Positions 1-10,240 of a stretch of 64,000 bases of DNA are shown here, piece by piece; position 1 is the stretch's first letter, and each line of letters opens with the position of its first letter. The translations under genes were made by a program, and so were the position numbers. The notes below the pieces were generated by a model that did no database searches, was not told the DNA's origin, and worked only from the letters and a program-made list of their open reading frames with translations. The stretch covers positions 76,240 to 140,239 of the forward strand of contig JAVVVS010000001.1 in assembly GCA_036652495.1 (NCBI GenBank), written 5' to 3'. The DNA is from Bacteroides sp. (GTDB taxonomy: Bacteria > Bacteroidota > Bacteroidia > Bacteroidales > Bacteroidaceae).

Positions 1-2
1 TC

Positions 3-2717
3 AGTTCTATCGGAAAAAAAGAACTGAAAGAACGCGTCAACACCAACGTGTTATCTTCTATTCAAGGAGCTGTTCCGGGTGTTACGATTATTTCTCGCCC
101 GGGTTCAGCGCCCTCTATTAACTTCCGCGGCCGTGGTAACTTAGGAAGCTCCAGCCCGCTATTCGTCATTGACGGAGCAATAGCCGATGCCGGATTCTTT
201 GGTTCGATGGACCCGAACTCTATCGAAAGCATTTCATTTTTAAAAGATGCAGCCTCTTCTGCTATTTACGGATCAAGAGCAGCGTATGGTGTTGTATTGG
301 TAAAGACTAAAGACGGCGATAAGGGAGCTGTAAAAGTGAACTACACCGGATACGTGTCTATGAAACAACCAATCTACAAGCCAGATGTATTAAGCTCAGA
401 ATGGTATGCCCGTCTGTCCAATGAAGGCGCGTTGAATGATAACCCCAACATCAAGCAGCTGCCTTATTCTGATGAGCAAATAGCTAAGTATCGCGACGGG
501 TCGGATCCTGATATGTATCCTAATACAAACTGGTTCGACTTGGTTATGGACGACAATGCCTTAACGACGCAACATTCAGTAAGTTTCAGCGGTGGTGACA
601 AAGTAAAATACTACACTTCATTAGGGTATCTTTACGATGATAAGTTGTCTCCCGGCGCAAGCGACGTCCGTTACAACTTAAATACCAATATCACCTCTGA
701 CATTAAAGACTGGTTGACCATGCGCACCAGCATCAAGTATATTCAGGGAGAATCGGACAATGAACTCGGAGGTTCGGATTTAATGCGTTGCTTAAATTCT
801 CCCTCAACTTATGTTGCCCGCCAATCTAATGGCGAATATGGTACGTACACCAACGGCAAAGTAGCTTCTGTAACAGATATGATTCGCAATCCCTTGCGTG
901 TACTCGAAAAGGGCGGCTGGTCTGAAAACAGAACTAAAAACACAATGATCGATTTAGCCTTAGACATCAAACCAATCGAGGGATTGGTACTGACCGGACA
1001 AATGGTGTATAAAGGATACGACTACAAAAACAAAAAGTACAATGCAAGCATGCCCAAATTGATTGATTTCAAAACAGGCAAAGAGCTGAATGGTACTGCC
1101 ATTACGGAGTCTAAAATGGAACTTGACTGGCGCGAAGACAGCCGGATGCTGTGGAACGCCACCGCCAACTACCAATGGAGCAACAGCAAACACAGTGTGA
1201 ATGCTTTGGCAGGTACTTCCTACGAGCACTATTCGTTTAAAAAGCAAAAGTCATACCGCAAAGAGTTCCCAACGAACGACTTGGTAGACTTGAACGGCGG
1301 TTCTAACGCTCCCGGTAATATGTACACCGAAGGCGGTATGAACGAAAACAAGATGTTATCGTACTTCGGCCGTGTCAACTACAGTTACCTCGGCAGATAC
1401 CTCATCGAAGGTAACGTTCGTGCAGATGCTTCATCACGCTTCCACAAAGACAATCGCTGGGGTATATTCCCTTCATTCTCCGCAGGATGGAGAGTAAGCG
1501 AGGAGCCTTTCATGAAAGATATTTCTTGGATTAACAACTTGAAAGTTCGCGGTTCATGGGGTATGTTAGGAAACATCAACAACGTGGGCGATTATGACTA
1601 CTTCTCCACCTACAACATCGGTGGAAACTATAACTTCGAGAATAACGTCACCGGCGGTATTGTTGAATCAAAACCTGCTAACGCCACTCTTGGATGGGAA
1701 AAAGTTAATATCACCGACATCGGTATCGACTTTGACCTTTGGGGCGGAAAATTAGGTGTTATAGCCGACTACTATATAAAGAAGACGAATGACATCTTGC
1801 TAGGTTACAACGTTCTGAAAGAAGTGGGTATTAGTAATGATAACCGGCCTTCGCAGAACATTGGTAGAGTGAACAATAAAGGTCTCGAAATAGCCCTTAC
1901 ACACAACAACCGCATTGGTGACATCAGTTATTCTGTTGGCGCTAACCTAACTAAGAACTGGAACAAGGTAACTGATCTAGGTGCTTCGGGACCAATGATT
2001 GAAGGCAAATGGATAAAAGAAGTAGGATATGCCATCGGAACATTCTACGGATACAAGACGGACGGTCTGCTTACGCAAGCCGACATTGACAACAAAACCT
2101 ACATCACCGACGGCGTTAAACCTAACGCAGGAGACGTGAAGTATGTAGACATCAGCGGACCTGACGGCAAACCTGACGGCAAGTTGACTGGAGCCGACCG
2201 TACTTATCTAGGATGCGACGTGCCAGACATCACGTATGGTATCAATGTACGCGTAGAGTACAAAGGGTTTGAGTTGAGTGCGTTCGGACAAGGTGTAACG
2301 GGTACGTTAGCCGCTTTCGAAATGGAGCAAGCATGGGCTTTCTCTGACAATGCCCAACCACGTAAGTACCACCTGAAACGTTGGACAGTAGAAAATCCTA
2401 ATCCTAGGGCTGAATATCCTAGAATCTACGGAAGAACCAGTTCACACTCTAAGTACAATAATTATTTCTCTGATTACTGGTTGTTCGATACCGACTATTT
2501 CCGCATTAAAAATATCACTTTTGGCTATACGTTCAAAAAACAAATGATTCAAAAATGTGGATTAGAGATGTTAAAGCTATATCTGGCAGCAGAAAACATG
2601 TTTACTATCAGAGCCGACAAGCGGATGAAAGACTTTGATCCCGAAGCACCATCAGGACGTGGACTCGGAGCTTGGGGCAGTCGATCGGTAGCTTTTGGTG
2701 TTAACGTAACCTTCTAA
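3..2717 (+). CDS. SusC/RagA-family TonB-dependent outer-membrane transporter (5' end outside the window)
   Basis: Frame is open from position 3. Plug motifs PLFVIDG and LKDAASSAIYGSRAAYGVVLVKTK, barrel motif WGIFPSFSAGW, C-terminal GVNVTF; followed by SusD. Confidence 0.95.
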   Translation, partial: SSIGKKELKERVNTNVLSSIQGAVPGVTIISRPGSAPSINFRGRGNLGSSSPLFVIDGAIADAGFFGSMDPNSIESISFLKDAASSAIYGSRAAYGVVLVKTKDGDKGAVKVNYTGYVSMKQPIYKPDVLSSEWYARLSNEGALNDNPNIKQLPYSDEQIAKYRDGSDPDMYPNTNWFDLVMDDNALTTQHSVSFSGGDKVKYYTSLGYLYDDKLSPGASDVRYNLNTNITSDIKDWLTMRTSIKYIQGESDNELGGSDLMRCLNSPSTYVARQSNGEYGTYTNGKVASVTDMIRNPLRVLEKGGWSENRTKNTMIDLALDIKPIEGLVLTGQMVYKGYDYKNKKYNASMPKLIDFKTGKELNGTAITESKMELDWREDSRMLWNATANYQWSNSKHSVNALAGTSYEHYSFKKQKSYRKEFPTNDLVDLNGGSNAPGNMYTEGGMNENKMLSYFGRVNYSYLGRYLIEGNVRADASSRFHKDNRWGIFPSFSAGWRVSEEPFMKDISWINNLKVRGSWGMLGNINNVGDYDYFSTYNIGGNYNFENNVTGGIVESKPANATLGWEKVNITDIGIDFDLWGGKLGVIADYYIKKTNDILLGYNVLKEVGISNDNRPSQNIGRVNNKGLEIALTHNNRIGDISYSVGANLTKNWNKVTDLGASGPMIEGKWIKEVGYAIGTFYGYKTDGLLTQADIDNKTYITDGVKPNAGDVKYVDISGPDGKPDGKLTGADRTYLGCDVPDITYGINVRVEYKGFELSAFGQGVTGTLAAFEMEQAWAFSDNAQPRKYHLKRWTVENPNPRAEYPRIYGRTSSHSKYNNYFSDYWLFDTDYFRIKNITFGYTFKKQMIQKCGLEMLKLYLAAENMFTIRADKRMKDFDPEAPSGRGLGAWGSRSVAFGVNVTF

Positions 2718-2731
2718 CTAAAATAATATTT

Positions 2732-4525
2732 ATGAAAATGAATAGAATAGCTAAAAACATAGCGTTGGGAGTCATACTGATGACTTCCGTGTCGAGCTGT
2801 GATTTGGAAGTCGTACCGCCTTCTAACATAGCCTCGGAAACTTTCTGGAAAACAGAAAAAGATGCTTGGTACAATCTGAACGCCTGTTACTCGGCATGTA
2901 TCCCGGGCATCAACATCGACTCTGATACTTATTCGGATGATGTGTATTGCCAATATCCTTGGGAATCGGCCGGTTCTACTTTTATAACCAATGGGTTCGG
3001 TGCAGGAAATGATTCGGGATGGAATTTCGAATCAATCCGTAAAACAAATATATTCTTAGCTGAGGTAGATAAATGCCCCATCAGCGACGCTTTGAAAACT
3101 CGTATGAAAGCAGAAGTACGCTGCATGAGAGCTTGGGAATACTTGAACAAGACCCTCACCTTCGGGAAAGTGCCTCTCATCACGAATGTGCCCAAATATG
3201 ATGATCCTGCTCTTCCGCGTACGGATGTAGCGACTGTACGGAAGTTCGTTTTAGAAGAGCTGACAGCAGTGGCTGGCATTCTTCCGGAAAACTACAGCGG
3301 AGGTTACCTGAACGAAAAAGGACGTCTGACTAAGTATGCAGCACTGGCTCTTAAAGCACGCGCAGCCCTGCTTTTCGGCGATAATACCACCGCGGAAAGC
3401 ACGGCAGCAGAAGTGATGAAAGGCGGTTTCTCTCTGTTCAAAGTAACTACTCTGACCGAAGCCCAACAATTGGAGCTCGATGAGATGGATCAATTAGTGG
3501 ATTTCAAAGCTTTAGGCATTGACAAGGAAGCGTTCGGTCTCGGCATGTTCAGCTATGAAGCTTTGTGGCACTCAGAAAATGGCAATCCGGACAATCCCGA
3601 ATACATCATCACTCGCCAGCACACGGCGGCAAAGGAACAAGAAGATGGAACACGCTACACGCGCATGCGCCCTAGCCAATTAGGCGGATGGTCGTCATTG
3701 ACGCCGACTCAGCGTTTGGTAGACAGCTATTGGACTATCAAAGGCGAAACGCCCGAACTTCCTTCACCGGAAAAGCGTGGTGCTGCTTACACTGAAATGA
3801 AAACTGATTTTGACAACTATCTCAAAAGTCATGCTAACCAGAAGCCTTCTCCTTCCATCAGTACTTTTGTAAAAGAGATTATGGCAAACGGGAAATTCAA
3901 AACGTACGAATACATGAAAGAGTTTAGAAACAGAGACGTACGCATGTACGCTTCTATTCTCTTCCCTTTCAAGAGCTGGTATGAAACAGATTTCGGAAAA
4001 GACTTTGTCTATGAATGGAAAAAGGGCGGAAACAACGAGTCATTCACTGGCTTTAGCTTCCGTAAACTGTGCTGCTTAAACAAAGATTCAAATATTGATG
4101 CGGACGAAGGTTCAGCTACCGGTGACTTCCCTAGCTTCCGCTACGCTGAAATATTGCTAATCTTTGCAGAAGCCAGAACCAACAACACCGGTTTTGATGC
4201 ACAAGTGCAGAGTGCATTGAATGAGTTAAGAACCCGTTGCGGCATGCCGGCTGTGCCCACTACCCTGTCTAAAGAAGACGGTTTGAAACTGATCCGTGCG
4301 GAAAGACGCATTGAGCTGGCTGGTGAAGGCGCACGCGCTGACGATTTAGTTCGTTATGACAAAGCCTATAATAATGCTCAAATCAACAACATTAAACTAC
4401 TGAAACCCGATAACGAACTTATCCTGACAATGGTTTGGGACGAACGTATGCGTTTGCGTCCTATTCCTCAATCGGCAATGGATGTTAACTCGTTATTAAA
4501 GAGTGATCAGAACCCCGGATATTAA
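2732..4525 (+). CDS. RagB/SusD-family outer-membrane lipoprotein
   Basis: Lipobox (VSSC), SusD motifs FRYAEILLIFAEA and ERRIELAGEG, C-terminal QNPGY; 14 bp after SusC. Confidence 0.95.
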   Translation: MKMNRIAKNIALGVILMTSVSSCDLEVVPPSNIASETFWKTEKDAWYNLNACYSACIPGINIDSDTYSDDVYCQYPWESAGSTFITNGFGAGNDSGWNFESIRKTNIFLAEVDKCPISDALKTRMKAEVRCMRAWEYLNKTLTFGKVPLITNVPKYDDPALPRTDVATVRKFVLEELTAVAGILPENYSGGYLNEKGRLTKYAALALKARAALLFGDNTTAESTAAEVMKGGFSLFKVTTLTEAQQLELDEMDQLVDFKALGIDKEAFGLGMFSYEALWHSENGNPDNPEYIITRQHTAAKEQEDGTRYTRMRPSQLGGWSSLTPTQRLVDSYWTIKGETPELPSPEKRGAAYTEMKTDFDNYLKSHANQKPSPSISTFVKEIMANGKFKTYEYMKEFRNRDVRMYASILFPFKSWYETDFGKDFVYEWKKGGNNESFTGFSFRKLCCLNKDSNIDADEGSATGDFPSFRYAEILLIFAEARTNNTGFDAQVQSALNELRTRCGMPAVPTTLSKEDGLKLIRAERRIELAGEGARADDLVRYDKAYNNAQINNIKLLKPDNELILTMVWDERMRLRPIPQSAMDVNSLLKSDQNPGY

Positions 4526-4576
4526 GCATCCTAAGTTTTCGCAGTAAGCGAAAAATTCAAGCATTGCACACACTAG

Positions 4577-4620
4577 AACGGTGCCAACAAAGTCTTTTCT
4601 TTGCTGGCACCGTTTGTTTG
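4577..4620 (+). terminator. Intrinsic terminator after susD
   Basis: AACGGTGCCAACAAAG (4577-4592) pairs with CTTTGCTGGCACCGTT (4599-4614), followed by TGTTTG. Confidence 0.7.
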
Positions 4621-4742
4621 TACCTCAATGGCAACTCTCCTAATTAGTATCTGTCTCTTACTGCTTACAAGGCGTTATAGAAGAAAAAAGCAACTGCGGC
4701 AGCGGCGGTTGCGGTTGCACAACATCCCTAACCTATGCGCAC

Positions 4743-4830
4743 CCGCCCTAACCAAACAGCCGTGCGTTACGCCAACTTTCGGCAGAGGATGGTTCCACTC
4801 TCGGCAGAGGATTATTTCGTTGGTACCGTT
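4743..4830 (+). repeat. Dispersed 22-bp-unit element, copy 1 (leader + 2 units)
   Basis: 4743-4811 aligns ungapped 57/69 with the reverse complement of 24631-24699. Units: CAACTTTCGGCAGAGGATGGTT (4773-4794) and CCACTCTCGGCAGAGGATTATT (4795-4816). Confidence 0.85.
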
Positions 4831-4916
4831 GCTCTGCAATTCCATCAATTTTACTTCTCATACGCTCTATCCAAGTAAATCTGGACTTTGTAGATTGTCA
4901 ATTAAAGATTATCATG

Positions 4917-4924
4917 TATCTTTG
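4917..4924 (+). promoter_or_regulatory. Bacteroidetes primary-sigma -7 box (TATCTTTG) for the GNAT-parE-coaD-ctp operon
   Basis: Matches TAnnTTTG, 22 bp before ATG 4947. Confidence 0.65.
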
Positions 4925-4946
4925 CCCCCAATATAAATACAAGCTC

Positions 4947-6083
4947 ATGGCTATTACAATCAAAAAGGTATCCACCAAGCGGGAACTAAAAACATTTATC
5001 CGTTTCAACTACTACATGTACAAAGGGAACCCTTATTCGGTGCCTGATTTGTACGACGATATGCTCAACACATTCAACAAGAAGAAAAACGCAGCCTTCG
5101 AGTTTTGCGAAGCCGACTTCTTTTTGGCTTACAAAGACGGAAAGCTGGTGGGGCGCGTGGCTGCCATCATCAACAATCGTGCCAACCAAACATGGAGCAA
5201 GAAGAATGTCCGCTTCGGATGGATAGACTTCATTGATGACCTTGAAGTGACCAAAGCTCTCATGGATACCGTAGAAGCGTGGGGCAAAGCACGCGGAATG
5301 GAACAAATCCAGGGGCCATTGGGATTCACCGATTTCGACGCCGAAGGAATGCTTATCGAAGGATTTGACCAGCTAAGCACCATGGCTACTATCTATAACC
5401 ACCCATACTATCCCCAACATATCGAAAAACTTGGTTTTGAGAAAGAAGCGGACTGGGTGGAATTCAAAATTTATATCCCCGAAAGCATACCCGAGAAGCA
5501 TCAACGCATCTCGGACATCATCCAAAGAAAGTACAACCTGCGGATAAAGAAATACACATCCGCCCGAAAGATTGCCAAAGACTACGGTCAGGCTATCTTC
5601 GAGCTCATGAACGAATCCTACAGCCATCTCTACGGCTACTCCGCCCTCTCGCAACGGCAGATTGACCAATACGTCAAAATGTATCTTCCCATAGTCGACC
5701 TGCGCATGGTCCCGCTCATTGTCGATGCAGACGATAAGTTGGTAGCCGTAGGCATCTCTATGCCCTCGCTCTCGGAAGCGTTACAAAAGTCCAACGGACG
5801 TTTGCTGCCTTTCGGATGGTATCATCTGCTCAAGGCTCTGTTCATGAAACGCCGCGCTAAAATGCTCGATTTACTGCTCATAGCCGTCAAACCCGAGTAT
5901 CAAAACAAAGGTGTTAACGCTTTGTTATTTTCCGATTTAATCCCCGTTTATCAGAAATTAGGCTTTATCTTTGCCGAAAGCAACCCCGAACTGGAAATGA
6001 ACGGCAAAGTCCAAGCACAATGGGAGTATTTTAAAACGGAACAGCACAAACGGCGCCGTGCGTTTGTGAAGAAGATAGAATAA
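4947..6083 (+). CDS. YghO-like GNAT-fold acyltransferase, probable bacterial ceramide synthase (bCerS-like)
   Basis: Motifs [29 protein letters not shown]. Start moved to ATG 4947 because the -7 box lies inside the longer ORF. Position upstream of parE-coaD matches my recollection of B. thetaiotaomicron BT_3032. Confidence 0.7.
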   Translation: MAITIKKVSTKRELKTFIRFNYYMYKGNPYSVPDLYDDMLNTFNKKKNAAFEFCEADFFLAYKDGKLVGRVAAIINNRANQTWSKKNVRFGWIDFIDDLEVTKALMDTVEAWGKARGMEQIQGPLGFTDFDAEGMLIEGFDQLSTMATIYNHPYYPQHIEKLGFEKEADWVEFKIYIPESIPEKHQRISDIIQRKYNLRIKKYTSARKIAKDYGQAIFELMNESYSHLYGYSALSQRQIDQYVKMYLPIVDLRMVPLIVDADDKLVAVGISMPSLSEALQKSNGRLLPFGWYHLLKALFMKRRAKMLDLLLIAVKPEYQNKGVNALLFSDLIPVYQKLGFIFAESNPELEMNGKVQAQWEYFKTEQHKRRRAFVKKIE

Positions 6084-6084
6084 T

Positions 6085-7956
6085 ATGGAAGAGAACGAGC
6101 TGAATCTTTCGGTGAGCAACCCGGTAGCATATACCGACGATAATATACGCCATCTGAGCGACATGGAGCATGTGCGCACCCGTCCCGGCATGTACATCGG
6201 GAAGTTGGGCGACGGAACACATATTGAAGATGGCATTTACGTCCTCCTCAAAGAAGTGTTGGACAATAGTATCGACGAGTTCAAAATGCAAGCGGGCAAG
6301 AAAATAGAAATCAGCATTGAAGATAATTTGCGGGTAAGCGTACGCGACTACGGTCGCGGCATCCCCCAAGGAAAACTGATAGAAGCCGTCAGCATGCTCA
6401 ACACAGGCGGCAAATACGACAGCAAAGCTTTCAAAAAGAGTGTCGGACTGAACGGCGTAGGCGTGAAGGCGGTCAACGCCCTGAGCTCAAGCTTCGAAGT
6501 GCGGAGCTATCGCGACGGCAAAGTACGCATCGCCACCTTCTCGAAAGGAGATTTGCTGACAGACCGGACAGAAAACACCGGCGAAGAAAACGGAACTTTC
6601 ATCTTCTTCGAACCGGACGCGACGCTCTTTCTAAACTACAAGTTCTACTCCGAGTTCATTGAAACCATGTTGCGCAACTACACCTACCTCAACACAGGGT
6701 TGGTGATGGTTTACAACGGACACCGCATCGTGTCACGCAACGGATTGGTGGACTTGCTGAATGATAACATGACGGCTACCAGCCTCTATTCCATCGTACA
6801 CCTTAAAGGCGAAGATATAGAAATAGCTTTTACACATACCGGACAGTACGGCGAAGAGTATTACTCGTTTGTCAACGGCCAGCACACCACACAAGGAGGG
6901 ACGCACCAAAGCGCATTCAAAGAACACATCGCCCGCACCATCAAAGAGTTTTTCAACAAAAATCAAGATTACACCGACATCCGCAACGGACTGGTGGCTG
7001 CCATCGCTATCAATGTGGAGGAACCGATGTTCGAGAGCCAGACCAAAATCAAACTAGGTTCGGCTAATATGACTCCTGGCGGTGTGAGCGTGAACAAATA
7101 CGTAGGCGACTTCATCAAGCAAGAGCTGGACAACTTCCTTCACAAGAATGCTGACGTGGCAGAAGCCATGCTGCAAAAAATTCAAGATTCGGAGAAAGAA
7201 CGCAAAGCCATTGCCGGAGTGACCAAGCTGGCACGCGAACGTGCCAAGAAGGCCAATATGCACAACAAGAAGCTGCGCGACTGCCGCATGCACCTCAACG
7301 ACTCCAAAGGCAAAGGGCTCGAAGAAGAATCGTGCATCTTTATCACCGAGGGCGACTCCGCCAGCGGTTCCATCACCAAGAGCCGCGACGTCAACACACA
7401 AGCCGTATTCAGCCTGCGGGGAAAGCCGCTCAACTCTTTTGGACTGACCAAGAAGGTGGTGTACGAAAATGAAGAATTCAACCTCCTGCAATCGGCTCTC
7501 AACATCGAAGAGGGCATTGAGGGCTTGCGCTACAACAAAGTCATCGTAGCCACCGATGCCGATGTAGACGGCATGCACATCCGCCTGCTGCTCATCACGT
7601 TCTTCCTGCAGTTCTTTCCCGATTTGATTAAGAAAGGACACGTCTACATCCTGCAAACACCTCTCTTCAGGGTACGCAACAAAAAGAAAACCCTTTACTG
7701 CTACAGTGACGAAGAGCGCCAGCGAGCCATCATGGAACTGAACCCCGCACCCGAAATCACCCGATTCAAAGGATTGGGAGAAATTTCGCCGGACGAGTTC
7801 AAGCACTTCATCGGCAAAGATATGCGGCTGGAACAAGTGTCCCTGCGCAAAAACGACTTAGTCAAAGAATTATTGGAGTTCTATATGGGCAAAAACACCA
7901 TGGAAAGACAGAACTTTATTATAGACAATCTAGTGATAGAAGAAGACATCGCATAA
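6085..7956 (+). CDS. parE: DNA topoisomerase IV subunit B
   Basis: GHKL motifs ([26 protein letters not shown]) and TOPRIM motifs (EGDSA, DADVDG); Bacteroidetes ParE-type sequence ([12 protein letters not shown]). Confidence 0.9.
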   Translation: MEENELNLSVSNPVAYTDDNIRHLSDMEHVRTRPGMYIGKLGDGTHIEDGIYVLLKEVLDNSIDEFKMQAGKKIEISIEDNLRVSVRDYGRGIPQGKLIEAVSMLNTGGKYDSKAFKKSVGLNGVGVKAVNALSSSFEVRSYRDGKVRIATFSKGDLLTDRTENTGEENGTFIFFEPDATLFLNYKFYSEFIETMLRNYTYLNTGLVMVYNGHRIVSRNGLVDLLNDNMTATSLYSIVHLKGEDIEIAFTHTGQYGEEYYSFVNGQHTTQGGTHQSAFKEHIARTIKEFFNKNQDYTDIRNGLVAAIAINVEEPMFESQTKIKLGSANMTPGGVSVNKYVGDFIKQELDNFLHKNADVAEAMLQKIQDSEKERKAIAGVTKLARERAKKANMHNKKLRDCRMHLNDSKGKGLEEESCIFITEGDSASGSITKSRDVNTQAVFSLRGKPLNSFGLTKKVVYENEEFNLLQSALNIEEGIEGLRYNKVIVATDADVDGMHIRLLLITFFLQFFPDLIKKGHVYILQTPLFRVRNKKKTLYCYSDEERQRAIMELNPAPEITRFKGLGEISPDEFKHFIGKDMRLEQVSLRKNDLVKELLEFYMGKNTMERQNFIIDNLVIEEDIA

Positions 7957-7959
7957 ATA

Positions 7960-8418
7960 ATGAGAAGAGCTATCTTTCCGGGTACATTCGATCCCTTCAC
8001 CATCGGACATTATTCCGTGGTGACCCGTGCACTGACTTTCATGGACGAAATAGTCATTGGCATTGGCGTCAACGAAAACAAGAATACCTATTTCCCCATC
8101 AACAAGCGCGTAGAGATGATTCTTAAACTCTACCAGAACGAACCACGCATCAAAGTCATCGCCTACGACAAGCTAACAATAGATTTTGCCCGGGCGGTGG
8201 ATGCTAAGTTCATCATACGGGGCATCCGTACGGTGAAAGACTTTGAATACGAAGAAACCATTGCCGACATCAACCGGAAGCTGGCAAGCATCGAAACCAT
8301 CCTGCTCTTCACCGAACCAGAACTGACCTGCGTCAGTTCTACCATTGTGCGCGAACTGCTGACTTATCACAAAGACATTAGTATGTTCATCCCTGCAGGC
8401 ATGGAGATATTAGAATAA
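7960..8418 (+). CDS. coaD: Pantetheine-phosphate adenylyltransferase
   Basis: [24 protein letters not shown] and VSSTIVRE motifs; 152 aa. Confidence 0.97.
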   Translation: MRRAIFPGTFDPFTIGHYSVVTRALTFMDEIVIGIGVNENKNTYFPINKRVEMILKLYQNEPRIKVIAYDKLTIDFARAVDAKFIIRGIRTVKDFEYEETIADINRKLASIETILLFTEPELTCVSSTIVRELLTYHKDISMFIPAGMEILE

Positions 8419-8437
8419 ATACATTTAAAAAGATAAA

Positions 8438-10057
8438 ATGAAGAAAATAGCTCTCCTTCTCCTCTGCCTCTGCTCCGCGACGATGCACGCACAGAAATTC
8501 GGAACCGAAGCGTCGCGCAAATTGCAAATGGCAGAATTCGCCATCACCAACCTCTACGTAGACAAAGTGGATGAAAACAAACTGGTGGAAGAAGCCATCG
8601 TCAAAATGCTTGCACAGCTCGACCCCCACTCCACCTATTCGGATGCCGAAGAAGTGAAAAAGATGAACGAACCCCTGCAAGGGAACTTCGAAGGCATCGG
8701 TGTGCAATTCCAGATGATAGAAGACACGCTGTTGGTGATTCAGCCAGTCAGCAACGGTCCCTCCGATAAAATAGGCATATTGGCGGGCGACCGCATCATT
8801 GCCGTGAACGACACCGCCATCGCAGGCGTGAAGATGAGCACCGAGAACATCATGTCCCGCCTTCGCGGTCCCAAAGACTCGAAAGTCAATCTCACCATTG
8901 TCCGCCACGGTGTGAAAGAACCGTTGCTCTTCACCGTCAAGCGAGACGTTATTCCCATCCTCAGCCTCGACGCTGCTTATCTGCTAGAACCTAAGACCGG
9001 CTATATCCGTATCAATCGTTTTGGAGCCACCACAGTGGAAGAATTCATCAAAGCAATGAAAGACCTCCAAAAGAAAGGGATGAAAGACCTTATCCTCGAC
9101 TTACAAGGCAATGGCGGCGGCTATCTGAATGCTGCCATCGACTTGGCGAATGAGTTCTTGGAGCAAAAAGAACTCATTGTGTACACCGAAGGGCGAACAG
9201 CGCAGCGCAGCGAGTTCTTCGCCAAAGGAAACGGGAACTTCAAAAAAGGTCGCTTGATTGTCTTAGTCGATGAATATTCTGCCTCGGCAAGCGAAATTGT
9301 AAGTGGAGCCGTACAAGATTGGGACAGAGCCGTAGTCGTCGGACGACGTTCGTTTGGTAAAGGACTGGTGCAGCGCCCCATCGACTTGCCCGACGGATCG
9401 ATGATTCGCCTCACCATTGCCCGCTACTATACACCTGCCGGACGCTGCATTCAAAAACCCTATAACAACACTACAGACACGAAACTATCTGACGAAAAAA
9501 GCGATGAAAGCAGACTGGAAAACTATCGGAGCGACCTCATCAATCGCTACAATCGCGGTGAGATGGTTAATGCAGACAGCATCCACTTTCCCGACTCTCT
9601 GAAATGCCAGACAAAGAAATTGCACCGCACCGTATACGGCGGTGGAGGCATCATGCCCGATTACTTCGTCCCCGTAGATACCACCCTCTACAGCGATTAT
9701 CACCGCAACCTCGTTGCCAAAGGCGTCATCATCCGCTTGGTATCTAAATTTATCGAGAACAACCGCAAAGAGCTACTGGCAAAACACAAGAAGTTCGATG
9801 CTTTCAATGAAAAATTTGAAGTAGACACTCCAACACTGACTCTAATGCGCGAAATGGCGGATAAAGAAAAGATCACCTTTGACGAAAAGCAGTACAACAC
9901 TTCCCTGCCGCTCATCAAAACACAGCTCAAAGCTCTTATCGCCCGCGACCTGTGGGACATGAACGAATATTTTCAGGTGATGAACCAAGTCAATCAAAGC
10001 GTAGAGCGTGCCTTGCAGATAATCAACTCGAATGAGTACGAACAGAAACTAAAATAA
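8438..10057 (+). CDS. S41A carboxyl-terminal processing protease (PDZ + peptidase)
   Basis: Signal peptide, LDPHSTY, GIGV PDZ loop, DLQGNGGG, SASASEIV (catalytic Ser), FGKGLVQ (Lys). Confidence 0.95.
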   Translation: MKKIALLLLCLCSATMHAQKFGTEASRKLQMAEFAITNLYVDKVDENKLVEEAIVKMLAQLDPHSTYSDAEEVKKMNEPLQGNFEGIGVQFQMIEDTLLVIQPVSNGPSDKIGILAGDRIIAVNDTAIAGVKMSTENIMSRLRGPKDSKVNLTIVRHGVKEPLLFTVKRDVIPILSLDAAYLLEPKTGYIRINRFGATTVEEFIKAMKDLQKKGMKDLILDLQGNGGGYLNAAIDLANEFLEQKELIVYTEGRTAQRSEFFAKGNGNFKKGRLIVLVDEYSASASEIVSGAVQDWDRAVVVGRRSFGKGLVQRPIDLPDGSMIRLTIARYYTPAGRCIQKPYNNTTDTKLSDEKSDESRLENYRSDLINRYNRGEMVNADSIHFPDSLKCQTKKLHRTVYGGGGIMPDYFVPVDTTLYSDYHRNLVAKGVIIRLVSKFIENNRKELLAKHKKFDAFNEKFEVDTPTLTLMREMADKEKITFDEKQYNTSLPLIKTQLKALIARDLWDMNEYFQVMNQVNQSVERALQIINSNEYEQKLK

Positions 10058-10240
10058 GACTTTCGCAAAAACAAGGAGAGGGTAAGGTTCTAAAAGAGCA
10101 AGCGGAACCACCAAATGCCGGCAGTAGCTTTACCCTCACCATTGCGTTATGCGAGTGTATGGTTTATTTATTATTCATAAAACGAATTCTTCTATAAAGA
10201 AAGCGCTCTATAGGGAATGGAATCCTTTTTATCGAGTGTT

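Noticed and set aside
4601-4936. 111-aa ORF sharing LTKQPC..TFGR.W..SRQRI with ORF 24554-24742, suggesting a small-protein family
   Set aside because: The similarity comes from the shared DNA repeat. Both have TTG starts, the 22-bp period breaks frame, and this ORF runs over a terminator and a promoter.
6085-7956. gyrB call, or a missing parC as an anomaly
   Set aside because: Sequence features fit Bacteroidetes ParE, and parE and parC are commonly unlinked in Bacteroides.
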